64,000 nt of DNA. Source: Trichosphaerium sp. ATCC 40318. Lineage: Eukaryota > Protista > Tubulinea. Made by a program: the position numbers and the translations under genes. Shown piece by piece: positions 1 to 13,100 of the stretch (position 1 is its first letter; each line of letters starts with the position of its first letter). Location: positions 124,001-188,000 of the forward strand of contig JALMLS010000143.1 of NCBI GenBank assembly GCA_038496445.1, given 5' to 3'. The notes under the pieces are model-generated. The model was not told the DNA's origin, made no database searches, and saw nothing but the letters and a program-made list of their open reading frames with translations.

Positions 1-1047
1 TGCAAAGAAAAGTAGAACGACGATACAAATTTGTGAAACGAACTGGTTATTTCTTCCATTTTTAGGTTAGCAGATGCTGTTGAAATTGCTGCGAATACTT
101 TTGTCAAGGTATCATGGTAGACGATAATTTGTAACCGTTAGGTGCATCCATTGGTGGCATGGTAAGTTTCAATACTCGGTTACAGTTACATTACTAACCT
201 CTTAATATTAGGTAAGTACAAGTTGTAGTGGCCCTAATGCTGTACGTTATGGAACAATGAAAGAAAATGTTTTAAGTTTGAAAGGTGAGCAAGTCTTCAG
301 ACTTGGGTATTCTAAGCAGTGTTAGTCGTTACTCCTGAAGGACAAACTATATCTACAGGGAAACGTAGTAGGAAAAAGAGCGCAGGGTATAACTTACCAA
401 CGTTGTATATTGGCGCCGAAGGCACTTTCGGCGTAGTAACAGGCATGTCAACTTATGAACTCTAAAATCGTTTCTTAACACAGTCTCATTGTTCAACTGA
501 CCTCTTTAAGAATTAACTCTGAGATTACATCCTATTCCTAAATCAAGGTCACTAGTTGTATCTACATATGATACAGTAGGTATGCAATCCCTTGCTTGTT
601 ACTACAAACCATCCAGTTCTCCTTAAAAGTTGTTTACTTGAGTTTAGATCAGATAGCAAAGGTAGTTTCTACTTGCTTAAAATCTGGTATAAGTGTTGGC
701 CGTGCTGAGATTATAGACGCTGTACAAGTAAAGGCAATCAATATACACAATGGCTCAGATATGCCAGAAAAAAACACGTTATTTGTTGAATTATCAGGAG
801 CAACAGGTTCGTTTGCCTGTAGTCTTACTAAACCGGATTCTCATGTAATATAATCTATAGACCAAGTATTATCAGACGCCAAGGCAGTTAAGGCCATTGC
901 ATCTAATATTAAGGCAACAACAATCAAGCAAGTTGATGAGGTTGCTGAATTTTAAACAAACACATTTCAACTAACGTCTTCCAACTGATAGACAATGCAA
1001 GAGTTGTGGACACTTAGAAAAAGCGCTTATTGGTCATCTCCAAAAAA
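1..1047 (+). CDS. FAD-linked oxidase, D-lactate dehydrogenase (cytochrome)-like; 5' part outside the window, 3' part not found
   Basis: Spliced exons give GASIGGM-VSTSCSGPNAVRYGTMKENVLSLK-VVTPEGQTISTGKRSRKKSAGYNLPTLYIGAEGTFGVVT-ELTLRLHP...ELWTLRKSAYW, the FAD_binding_4/D-LDH signature. Intron at 443 is GC-AG. Confidence 0.85.
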
Positions 1048-1882
1048 GTACATCACCATAGAATACTCATTGCAGCTGAAATCAATGTGACATTTCCAAG
1101 TGATAATTTCTTGAATCCTGTGTACAAGTACCCTCACTATAAACTCAGCCTTAGACTTTCATGCCTTTGCCATAAAACCATGTGCAAAACGCTTTAACTG
1201 ACCACTAGATGGTCGTGTTCCGGCCTAGCTTAGCCGGCTACCAAAATCTGTAGCCTGTTAACCTACAGCTAAGAAACTCAGCAACCAAATTTGTAACCAG
1301 CAAACCGTTTGCAAATGTGAGATTTGGTGTTGTACCGTGGCACCACCATGCTTTTGTTAAGTTTTACATGCTCTTTGATACAGTATTAAGAAAATGCAAA
1401 AAAGGTTTGAGTCTCCCTTATTTTTCTTAGCCGATAGCCGTTCCATTTGGGCCAAAAACTCAAATGGCAAACCGGCGATTACTTTTTATCTTGCAAGCAG
1501 AAACTGACATAAATAAATATCCACACATATGGGTAAAGCGTTCGAGGGAGTATAATCAAAATTTAAAGGGTAAATTTTCAGTTACTCGTACAGCTAGCGC
1601 TAGACGAAAACTGTGGGTTATGTAATCCACTGAGTTGCGTGTGCTCAGGAGGTTGAAATGGTTATTCGAGGGCGAAGAAAAAGCAAAAAAGTCACGTGCG
1701 ATTCCAAATTATTATCACGCTATCTCAATGACCAATAGAATGCGAGCGAGAGTGAAATATGTAACACATCTCCACGGAGTGTGATTCCTTGTAAACGGAG
1801 ATCACTATCTCACGTGAATAAATAAGATAACTGCTCCTCTTCCCGTACTCCTTGGATATAAACCATCACAAGACACAATATT

Positions 1883-3392
1883 ATGCGTTCCGCTTCAAAG
1901 GGTTGTAAAATCGACAATAATACTTGCGAGAGTTTGCTTCAGCTTCCTACAGAGATATTAGCACATATCTTGTGTCAAACAACCAAATCACGATTTGCAG
2001 CTTGTCAAACCTGTCGTTTTATTGCTTCTATCATTCATGATATTATTGGATACCACGCTATTAGACTTACAACGTTAACTCAATCAAAATCAGCTGTAAA
2101 ACATCCTGGTATTGTGAAATGCACAAAAGTTGCCCTTAGCGGAGATGTTTTTGATGACAATGTTATCAAACAATTTGCTGGTGTTCATACTATTTATCTT
2201 AATGATGACACTTCAGTAACTGATGAAGGAGTTAAAGCACTTGCTGGTGTCCATACTATTAATCTTGATGGCACTTCAGTAACTGATGAAGGAGTTAAAG
2301 CACTTGCTGGCGTCCATACTATTAATCTTGATGGCACTTTAGTAACTGATGAAGGCGTCAAAGCACTTGCTGGTGTCCATACTATTAATCTTGATGACAC
2401 TTCAGTAACTGATGAAGGCGTTAAAGCACTTGCTGGTGTCCATACTATTAATCTTGATGACACTTCAGTAACTGATGAAGGCGTTAAAGCACTTGCTGGT
2501 GTCCATACTATTAATCTTGATGGCACTTCAGTAACTGATGAAGGAGTTAAAGCACTTGCTGGCGTCCATACTATTAACCTTAGTTATACTTCAGTAACTG
2601 ATGAAGGCGTCAAAGCACTTGTTGGAGTACATAGTATTTACCTTAGTGACACTTCAGTAACTGATGTAGTAGTTAAAGCACTCACTGGTGTCCATACTAT
2701 TGACCTTAGTAGCACTTCAGTAACTGATGAAGGCGTTAAAGCACTTGCTAGTGTACATACTATTAACCTTAGTTACACTTCAGTAACTGATGTAGTAGTT
2801 AAAGCACTTACTGGTGTCCATACTATTGACCTTTGTCACACTTCAGTAACTGATGAAGGAGTCAAAGCACTTGCTGACGCCCATACTATTAACCTTAGTT
2901 ACACTTCAGTAACTGATGAAGGAGTTAAAGCACTTGTTGGAGTACATAGTATTTACCTTAGTCACACTTCAGTAACTGATGAAGGAGTTAAAGCACTTGC
3001 TGGTGTACATACTATTAACCTTCGTTGCACTTCAGTAACTGATGAAGGCGTTAAAGCACTTGCTGGTGTACATACTATTGACCTTAGTCACACTTCAGTA
3101 ACTGATGAAGGAGTTAAAGCACTTGCTGGTGTTCATACTATTAATCTTGATCGTACTTCAGTAACAGATGAAGGAGTCAAAGCACTTGCTGGTGTACATA
3201 CTATTAACCTTTGTTGCACTTCAGTAACTGATGAAGGCGTTAAAGCACTTGTTGGAGTATATACTATTACCCTTAGTCACTTCAGTAACTGACGAAGGTA
3301 TTAAAGCACTAAAAGGCGTCGATCATATTGAATTGCATGGATGCAAAAATCTGAAGGCATACAAGCTCTTTGTACTACCAAGAAACAAGTAA
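1883..3392 (+). CDS. Intronless F-box + leucine-rich-repeat protein; 2-bp deletion near 3278 frameshifts the last repeat
   Basis: F-box LLQLPTEILAHIL...CRFIASII, then tandem GVHTINLxxTSVTDEGVKALA repeats. ORF stops at 3292; the restored frame continues TSVTDEGIKALKGVDHIELHGCKNL...RNK* to TAA 3390-3392. Confidence 0.9.
2177..3311 (+). repeat. Coding tandem repeat, ~18 x 63 bp (21-aa LRR; first unit 66 bp)
   Basis: Unit gctggtgtccatactattaatcttNNNNNNacttcagtaactgatgaaggNgttaaagcactt seen directly. Confidence 0.97.
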
Positions 3393-4346
3393 TAAACCAT
3401 TACTGAATTACTCATAAAAAGTGTAACTGCAATTAAATACCTATCTCTAGCAATAGAATTCAAAACTCGGAAGGTTATTTATCAATACAGAGTAGACATG
3501 ATTCAATCTAAAATAGATCTGTAGTGATTTTCATTGAGAGATAGGATAAAATAATATCTTGACACAACATACTTGCAGTTGTATTATCAAGACGACTAGA
3601 CAGAAATTCATGGTACTGGATTCAAAATGTCGAATTCCGGCAAAGAATAATTATAAAAGCCGATAAAAGGTCGGTTCAGAGTCTTCGCGCGTAGTGGTAT
3701 GCTTTGGACGTGTTTTTATGGTGCTATGAGACAGTTTCTTATGCTCTGTCTAAAAGCGTCTTAACTATCATGCAATGCATTTAATTTATGTTTATACGCG
3801 GTGGTGATGAATTTAAAGGCGCTACGAAGGTGTTACTTTTTTACGCAACAAAGCGGCATTTACGCCAATTGCCTTCTACAGTGTCTAGTACCCTATGAAA
3901 AAAAAGCGAATAACCTACAATTAGATCTATTGCTATCAATCTATCTCGGATTGAATCGTTCTATTTATGACAAGCTATGATTTCAAGGCAAGTTCAGCCA
4001 TTTCATCACGTGCATTGCAATAAAAAAACATAGTAGTTGAAACATTTTCCTTACTACAATAGTTGACATTGCGTGAATTTGTACAAAACGACTCAAGCCG
4101 CAAAAAACTGACGTCATTTTCGACTTTTCCATACAAACGGAAGACCGAAAATTAGGCCTCTCTTTCCCACCACTAGACAAACGCAATTTGTTATGCGTTC
4201 CTCTAAAATCCCAAACTACCACGGCTACAATACTGACGTTACAGACAAGCCGCCTAAAAAAAAAACTCTGCATGTAGTTTTACTAACTTCGTGCAACTTT
4301 ACAAATCACTATTCTACGTCTAATACAACCAACGTACCACCTTATA

Positions 4347-4637
4347 ATGGCAGCACCCCCAAAGAAGAGAATCTCTCTGCGAAAGATATCACATAGAATG
4401 CCTCATTACGAAGTCTTACGCGAAAGTACTCCAGGGGTTTCATTCAAAGACAGAGTAGAAAAGATTCCAACGTACGACGAAAAACAAAAACAAGCTGAAA
4501 TGGACGAAGAGTTCAGGAAAGACTTTTTGAGAGGTCGAAGACCAGTTGAGCAAATAATCGAACCTGGATGGTGGTGTCCTCTACAACCTGCTCATTCTGG
4601 CGCTTCCCCGATCAAAACCAATTTTAAAAATAGTTAA
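4347..4637 (+). CDS. Small hypothetical protein with an RVxF-like (PP1-docking-like) segment
   Basis: 96-aa ATG ORF, basic N-terminus, GVSFKDRVEKIPTY. Confidence 0.5.
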   Translation: MAAPPKKRISLRKISHRMPHYEVLRESTPGVSFKDRVEKIPTYDEKQKQAEMDEEFRKDFLRGRRPVEQIIEPGWWCPLQPAHSGASPIKTNFKNS

Positions 4638-5596
4638 CAAAATGTAACAAAGTAAAAATATGCCCTTCCCATGCGTTCATGGTTTATCTGACTGTCACTT
4701 AGATCATCACGCACGAGTAGTTGAAAAAAAGCGCCAAGTTTGAAAAAACGAACTAACTACTTGAGTCTTTGCAGGCGGTATCTTTTCGTAGTGCCAGACA
4801 TATCAAGCAAGTTTGTAAATCGGTAGGTGCTGAAAAAAACAGACAAACCAACTACTTCTACTGGCAGCACCACTTACGCGATGCGAGCTTATGTTAGTTT
4901 TCTTGATGGTTTTTGAGAAGACTAAAGCGACAATTTGCTCTTATTTACAGGTAGAATACAGGCAGCATGTACAACGCAATGCGTGTTGTATTTGGCTACT
5001 GAAAGAATCGGGAAGAACGTAATCAAAAAAAATCAGTAGGCAAAACCGACAACGCACCTATGACAACTTTAGACGCTCACCACCACTAAAAGTATTACAG
5101 ATTTCATATTAGAGCACTATCACCTTGAAAATTGTTTAAAGTAAACAAGCACTTCAAAAACAAAACCAAATGGGCAGAAAGAACTAATTAACGATGGCAC
5201 GTGACACTTGATATTTGATTACAAACCGTTTTCATACTTTATAAAAATTCGAGTCGTCTACCCATGCGCCGCTACGCACTTCTAAATTGTTCGGTTAGTG
5301 CGATTTCAAGCTACGCAACGGTAATTATCTTTGTTTAGTATGTAGACGCGCCATTTAAACGAAGGTGATGTCTATAAAATGAAAAAGTAGTCGTTGCGCT
5401 TTACGTAAATTTATCGCGAAACGAAACAATTTCTCCGTTATCTTTGATCACTTGTGATTGGTACTACCATCTCTGTATAGCTTCTCAAGTTTTTTCAATG
5501 GCGAAAAACGCTAAACAGATTTTGATCTTTTAAAAATTCTTTAATAAACAGAAATTTCCGAAAAAATGCGATTTCTACATGTCAAAGTTTTAAAAA

Positions 5597-6275
5597 TGAC
5601 ATCAAGACAACAACGCAGAATGAAATCAAGCAGCAAGGCCCAGAACGTACTATGTGATTACAACAAGTGCGTTAAAGCAGAAGGGGTTAAAAGAAAGCCA
5701 TTCAAACGGTTACAAAGACACCTGTCGTTCTCACCTTCAGAAGTTGAAGCAGCTAAAGGTATTTGCAACCTAAACACAAAGTGCATACCAATCTGCGCAG
5801 TAAAATCGTTTCCACCCCAACTAACGTACGCACGAATACCTCTTGATACCACGTAAGACTAACACAAAGCCACAGCGATGAAAATACGCCACCAACAACC
5901 AGAAATAGAAAATCAAAAGTTGTAAAAACTGGCGGCAAAATCAAAAGAGTTTCAAAGCGTTCAGGCTCTTCAGCGATGAAGCTCGTCGCTGCACAAGGAT
6001 CAAAACCTTGCCCTAACTGCCACGTGCAAAAGGCTACGCTGTGGAGGTTATGTGTATACCACGGGACTATTCAACACTTGTGTAACGCTTGTGGGCTTAG
6101 AAAACAAAAAGGAAAATTTTGCCAGGGTTGCGATTATGTCTATCATTTCAATGAAACGAGAAATTCTGCCGTGTGGACAAAGTGTGGTCATTGCGGAAGG
6201 ATGTCTCATACTGATTGCATAGATAAAAAGGATATCGGGGACGCGTGGGTATGCAATTCTTGCTTACTACGGTGA
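5597..6275 (+). CDS. GATA-type zinc finger + PHD-like finger protein, 2 exons
   Basis: Intron 5826-5875 (GTACGC...CACAG) joins the two ORFs in frame. CPNC..WR..LCNACGL (GATA) is followed by CQGC...WTKCGHCGRMSHTDC...WVCNSC (C4HC3). Confidence 0.8.
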
Positions 6276-6768
6276 CCTAAAATTGCTGAACAACTTTATA
6301 AAATGTGTCTGTCTACTTGTAAATATAATTCTTTGTGTATAACATCATGGCGTGTATGATTAATTTGGCTTCGTTCTTGGGCATTGTTTTCTTTTATTCA
6401 GTCGGCTTAAAATAGGCAACAGTAAACGAAGCTGCAAGCAAGCGTACACTCTTTACAACACCATAAAAAACGTTGTTTTGTTTCAAATAAATTGAAATGA
6501 TCACTTTCATGAGCGCAAACGACATTTGTTTAACTGTTACACTTAAAGAAACACAATAAAACGCAGTACCATAGGATAGGTGGCTTTCCGTTAATGACGT
6601 GTAGCTGTAACTACCTTTTTTAACCTACCTTCTAAAAAACATATGAACACCAAGTTGCGCGTGTCTATGCTATACAACACTATTTCCAAACCTACCATTA
6701 AGTCCCCAAATGTATACTCCAAAACTACGCGCTTTTATACTTTTTTTAGTACTTCACAAGCAAGCAAT

Positions 6769-7413
6769 ATGGTACGTATCAAAAAGCATGTAAATACAAA
6801 CAAGTACACTATTGAAAACCCTTTGTACTCTGGTTTTATACGAAGCTTTTAATCGCGCTAGCTCGTAAAAGAGCACTCCATTAGCACATCAATAGCGTTC
6901 ATCTATCAAACGTAGTGTAACTTGTGGTAGGAGAGAAATTACAAGACAAGATTGGGTTTACTCGTGAGCGACAGCAATTGTTTTGTTCTAGAGGTAGCCA
7001 ATATCGCTTCTACCACGAAACGACGCCATCACAATCAAAGAAGTACATCTACAAAAAGGAAACGCTCTTCGTCAAAAGCAAAACGTCAGAAGTACAAAAA
7101 ATCACGTGCATACAACAGTAAAAGCGCTCGTGATGTCGCTCAAGAGTTTCTCCTTCGTAGCCAAAATAATGAGAAAGGCAATGAAACGAGGAGAAAGCGC
7201 GAAATGTACAAAAGAACAAGAGAGTCGCACAGTTTAACTAACTTGAGAACAAAATTAAACAAAGACACTCTTGGTATCTCAGAGAACAAGAAAGGAGCAT
7301 ACAAGTATCTACAAGAAAAACCAAGGTGGGGAAAAGAAACAATGTTTTTAAAACGAGCCAGAAAAAGCGGCTTAGAGTCAAAATCAACTCAAAACAACGT
7401 CAGGGAGCGTTAA
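6769..7413 (+). CDS. Lys/Arg-rich hypothetical protein; first exon uncertain
   Basis: Long basic open frame ~6930-7413 preceded by an AG acceptor; candidate ATG|GTACGT micro-exon at 6769. Confidence 0.4.
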
Positions 7414-7709
7414 GAAAACATAAAAGAAAAGAAAAAAAAAGAAATGTAAATGTGTAAATAATCGTTCAACTACGTGAAAAATAGCTTCTATTGATTTGTT
7501 TCAGGAGATGTTGCGACAACACTAATCGTCAAAAAGATACTCTTTTTTATTCTACAGCGTGCTGAGTAACTTTTCCAGATTTCTTATTTTGGAAGTCAGT
7601 TACGTTTAAATAAGGCGTATGTACAGTAGCACAGCGGTAGGAGTTATACACTCGGTTTGTGGGGCAATCTACAACTTTTTAAAAATCCAAACCGAAATGT
7701 AAACCAGCG

Positions 7710-8189
7710 CTACGCGTAGTGCCCCATTGTTGATAACCGCCGATGTCGGTCTTCACTAAAGCTTTCTCTGCCATCAGCGCGCGGAATCCTCAATTTATCA
7801 AGGAATGGCATTCTATCAGGCGGTTCATAGCTATCCGCGGCTCGTTTCGATAGCGAAGCTCCGTAGTTGAGAAGCGTTGCGCTGCCATTTGAGCCTGCAG
7901 CAACGAACCTTCCTTGTTTTGGGCTTGTGCGTTCTATATACACTGGTTGCGACGCGTTCATACAGTTTTCGTTGTCTTTATCTTCAAAATGTGGTTTAGG
8001 AGTAGTACCGCCATCTTTTTCTTTATCTTCCTTAAAAATCTTCTTTACGGAACCCCATATACCTAGATAGTATAAACGTTACGTCTGAGGCGAAACCAAA
8101 CAGTCACATAGTTCAAGGGAAAAATCCATGTTGCACAATGACGCAATTGCATAAAGCGTATATAGACTACTAGATTACGTACCTTTCAT
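7710..8189 (-). CDS. Small hypothetical protein, 2 exons
   Basis: ATG AAA G|GTACGT...CTAG|GT ATA TGG gives MKGIWGSVKKIFKEDKEK...GHYA* in frame with ORF 7710-7961. Confidence 0.55.
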
Positions 8190-8715
8190 TTGTTTTTATG
8201 TAAAACGGAGCGTACTTGAACAAACAAGCGTTTGTTGATCTTTGTGTGAATTAAAGTGATCTAGATGATGTAATTCACAACGGGAGGTTGAATATTCTGG
8301 AAATAAAGAATTAAGGCACAAAAAGGAAAGACCACTTTCTTTCCTAAATAGAGCATCTTTACCACGCCTAACAAACGATTTAATAGTACAACGATTGTTT
8401 TCTATGCAATTTCTCCCAATACTCCGTTTCTGGATAACAGAATTGGTATAAATGACGTGGAAACACTAGTAGTATGCAACAAAATGAGACTTTATAGGAT
8501 GGTTGAACTCAAAACCCGAAAACTTTTCTGCAACACAGTTTTCGTGGAAGAAAGAAAAAAACCGTTAAACTCACAACAAGAGGCGCTATAATTTTTTGAC
8601 TTTGGAAGTTTTAGTAGTAAGAGAGTATTGGGTTGTTAATTGAGAAGTATTTAGGCGAACACGATCGTGTAACTCTACGAAAATTGTTAAGAAGAATATC
8701 GTATTTATTTCGATT

Positions 8716-9557
8716 TTAGAAAGCATGAACAGGTCTCTTTGCAAGCCATTCTTTAAGTATTCCTTGCTCAATAGTGCTTCGTAGTTCTTTAAGTTTAGGT
8801 GCTGATTTATCTAAAGCGGCAATGATCTTATCTTGAGCTGTAAAGTAACCACAGAAGGTCACCCAAGCGGCATCAGCGATGCTAGGTTTCTGACGAAAAA
8901 AGTCAATACAAGTTTACTAGCAAGACGTTTAGCGTACATCTCCAATGAAGAATCCTTTGCCATTGGCTTTGTGTATAGCTTCCAAGAAACCGACATGTTT
9001 TGGTAGTGTTTCATCATAGAAAGTTGCTAATGCCTTTGCCTTCTCGTCTTCTCCGACAGTTCTTTTTGCTCCTTGATAAGAAGTCAAAATATCAAGAATA
9101 CCTTCTCCGACAGAGTCAATCAAAGCTCCTTCAATGTCATTTGATCCAAATAGACCAAATCTCTTAGCAAGAAATCTCTCAATCGCATGAGATTGAGCAA
9201 TGACAGTTGCTAAAAGAAAATAATAAGAAAAGAGTACGGCGTAAAGGAAAAAAAAAGTCAAACATACTCTTTCCATTCTCTGTAACGTGAAGAAGTGGTA
9301 CTTGCCCAAACGGTAATGTAGGTTGTATTTTTTCATAACCCTCAGGACCTTCTATTTTAAATCTAACATAAAACTCATAAGAAACCACGTGGTGAAACAT
9401 GTAAAAGCAAGCAAAAAAAAAAACAGAAAAAAAAAATCACTTACTTTTTAAAACCGAATCTCTCATCTGTGTAGGCGACTTTTGCTAGAGCGAAAAGATG
9501 TCTAGAAATCTCTGCACGTCCTCTGATATTAAAGTATTGAAGCTTGTATGTTGTCAT
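8716..9557 (-). CDS. Glutathione S-transferase (sigma-like)
   Basis: MTTYKLQYFNIRGRAEISRHLF...YTDERF; QPTLPFGQVPLL; IAQSHAIERFLAKRFGLFG; SIADAAW; EWLAKRP. Confidence 0.93.
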
Positions 9558-10100
9558 GCTTGTGTGTGTTGAAAATGAATGATAATTTGACACCCAAAAA
9601 AAACATTCCGCTCTTTCTTCCGCATTCTAGAATGGAGAAACAGGCGGACAGTTTTTCAAGAACGACTCAACACAGAGGTTGGCGCGAGCATCCTTAATAC
9701 CACGTCATTGGACGTAACCAATAATATCAAGACTCAGTAATCCCGCGGAATATTGCGTATGCTCTCAGAATTGCCGAGTCATAGTACAGGTGATATTTCA
9801 ACTCACATGGCCATGAATTCATAGTATAGCAGCGCTGAAAAGCGGGTAATAAAACCTCCAAAACGGACAAATTTAGACCCTACAACTAAGAAAAGGAATA
9901 CGCAAAGTACACTTACAAATTGTACGTTGCGGACACTATGGTGCGACTGCTGAAGGGTTAAGGCACTGGCTATTCACATACTCTCTTAAAAGTGGCAACA
10001 CTAGCATTGTTGTAAAGGCTTGGTAGGTGTTCATACAATGTAACACAAACAGAGGCTATTTTGTAAATTCTTTTAATATTGTTTTCTTTTCTTTTTTAAT

Positions 10101-13100
10101 TTAATATACACCAAAGACGCGATCACTGGTGGCTTCGAAATCCACTGTATACCCGATAGCTTGGCGGCAGAGCAAGTTCAAATAGTCTATAAGTACACGT
10201 GCCCACTTGAAGGTCGAAATTGTCCAAAACGCCATCAAACAGAGCTCAAATAGTTCCCTTTGCGTTTCAATAAATTGAAGATTTGTCCAAGCAGCAAAGT
10301 AAATCGGAATAAGAGCGATAAAGTTCGGTTGCTTGCAAAGGCTTGCTTGGATAGCTGCCTTTTGAGCCCTTTCAGCAGCCATTTGGTCATCCCCAGTTAA
10401 CCAGGCTTCCATAGCAGCCAATCCTAGAGAAAAAGATGAGTTTCGAATTTTTTTTATTTTGATCAATTTGTGCGCGTTTAAACATACCTTGGTCTATTAG
10501 ACGACCATAGCTTCTTCCATCTTGCTCAGCGTTACGGTACGCAGGTGATTGCAGAATTGTTTTCAATTCTCTAAAGACAGGTAATGCTTGTTCTTTTCCC
10601 ATTTTTGACGGCTTTAGGGTAGGTGGATGCTCAGGGTCAAGTTCTAAAACAGAATGAATTCAAGAGAGCTCCAAAAATCGAAGATTTTGAATTTTGACAA
10701 AAAAAATTCGTACCTTCTTGAATAGATGGACAGACGTATATCATTGTCATAAGAAACAAAGAATACGCTTGAATATCATTACGCTGCCTGTATTTGGCAA
10801 ATTTATACCCATTCTGTAAAGTATCCAAGTCACGATGAAATGTTAACCTCCCCCAAATAAACGAACTGTACACCGCAGTATTTAATACATCAGCGGCGCC
10901 ATCAGCAGCAAATTGTTCAAGTATTTGTCCAGCCTTTAAAGAAACACAATAAGCAAACAAAATGATAAAAACATACGATGATAAACGATGGTAGAAGTAG
11001 AAGAAAAACAAAATGAAAAAGACAAAAAAAAAAAAGTTGTCAAATACGCACTGTGGAGTTATAGTGATTTGCGCGTTCAGAATGCGCTTTGGTACCAAAA
11101 TACATTGCAACCTTATTTACACCATCAGCGAGAAGTAGTACTTCGCGCTTTGTTGTCCAATCAACTTCAATCAAAGCATCCGCCAGATTCTTGGCACAAG
11201 CCCAAAAACTATTACAAATATCGATACATCCACTGATACTAGCACCAATCGCAAGAGAGGTATAGATCTAAAAAAAATTTGAATACAAGATCGAATAGAA
11301 TCGAAAAGAAAAATAAACACACAAAAAAAAAGAGGAAGAATATTCGCTTTGTCAAAAAAAAAAAATACCTGTAGGCTCTGTGGTGATTGTTGTGTGTATG
11401 AATCGAACAATGAAGAATCATGGCTGAAGAAATCTTTATCAAATATTTGTTTAAACGGTGACGGGAACATTGGGTCAAAAACCTTTGAGAGAAACTTGTC
11501 AGCCGAAGAAAGTAAAAAAAATGTAAAGAAAAAATACTCACCATGCGATACTTGTGGACCATGTTGTGTAGAATCATTGATAAGTAATTAGCATGTCTTC
11601 TCGGTGGGTTATTATTATTAGTTGCTACTTGAGTATCCGGTATCGAAGCACCTGGGGCAGCATTCGCCCGAGCATTATTATTCAATTTTCGCTTTTTCCT
11701 TTTTTTTTGGAATTTTTGTCTATCAGTTTCTGTTACTTTACCAAGAACACGAATAGCATCTCGTGGACTACATTCATATGTCTTTTCCCCTCTCTTAATG
11801 AGTATTTTAAGGACAATACCTAAAGAAAAAAAAAACAAATGAGAAACGACGTAGACAACAATCAATACAATTCACAACAAAAAAAAAATCACAAGAAGTC
11901 GTAACTTCTTTTTTGTCACTTTGTGTTCTCTTTTAGTTTTCTCTCTAGGCTTATTATTCAGTACCTTCACAATTCTTATGTATATGGCAAGCATCCTGGT
12001 CATCATTATCATCGTCTACATGATTCAAATGGTGTTGCTTATTTACACCAACACAACATCCAATACGGATACGGAACTTAATTTCGCCATGTTCATCCAC
12101 AATTCTACATAATTCATCAATAACATTCTCATGAAATAACAAAAAAAAACAACCGAAAAACAACCAAAAAACCCAAAAAAAAAAGTGAAAAAAAAAATGT
12201 AAAAATAGAGCTCAATAATTTAATAAACGACATTTTTAGTACTCCCACACCAAGAATTTAACCAAACAAACATCAAAAAGGGACCAAAAAAAAAAACAAA
12301 ACAAAAAGTTAGGTAAACAACGAACTAAAATAAGAAGTTTTTGTAGAGATAGTTAAAGTAGTGTAAAATAATTACCCTTCGCCTGTAGATAGCACTTGTA
12401 TGAGTTTTGAATTGTTTCTATCATCAAGGTCTGACCATATTGTTTTTTCGTCTCTTTTACGCTTCCTTTTGGTGAGGATTTTGTCTTTTTCCCTACAGCG
12501 TGCGCATTTACGTAGTAGTTTGGCGCTCGCACCACAAGTGCCCATTATATTTATCATTAACGCGTTTTGCTTGTTTTGATTTAGTTGGTTCGTCGGATTA
12601 CGCCTGCGACCATCGATAAAGGTGATGGCGTCGTTAAACCGAATGTACTCACCAACGTACGTTGGTTTACTCTAAAGCGAAACGTTAATGCTTGTAACGC
12701 GATTAATTGGCAATCAAAAGCGCATTGGGCGGCAAAGATTAAAAAAGTCCAAAAACGCACGTTACTGTCGGTGAATCGCAAAGTGACATGGTACCACTGT
12801 AGCCTGTTGAACAGAAAGTCTTGCATGAGACATTCAACTTTTGGAACGTCTGCCTCGAACCGTGCTGGAGGTTTTTGTGGCTGTCTTTTATGGTACGGTA
12901 CGCCTTGGCCGTGATGCGCTTCCATCAGTTGCATATCGTACGCGTTTGGGTTACTCATCTGTTCGTAAGCGGGTTTTACATCATAACCGTAGTCTGCGTT
13001 ATACGGGGGTTGTTGTTGATACCCTGGGTAATTCATAGTATAACTTGGTTGCATTGGAAGGCTGTTTGTACGAGGAGAGTAGATATCGGCAGGTTGAGGG

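Noticed and set aside
1190-1260. Weak reverse-complement similarity to ~28930-29005 (tggtagccggctaa...cacgacca)
   Set aside because: Too short and gapped to call a repeat family by eye.
2194-2526. Repetitive minus-strand ORF
   Set aside because: Antisense shadow of the LRR array.
2177-3311. Regular repeats with short variable segments resembling a CRISPR array
   Set aside because: Units are in-frame 63-bp coding LRRs with no unique spacers and no cas genes; the context is eukaryotic.
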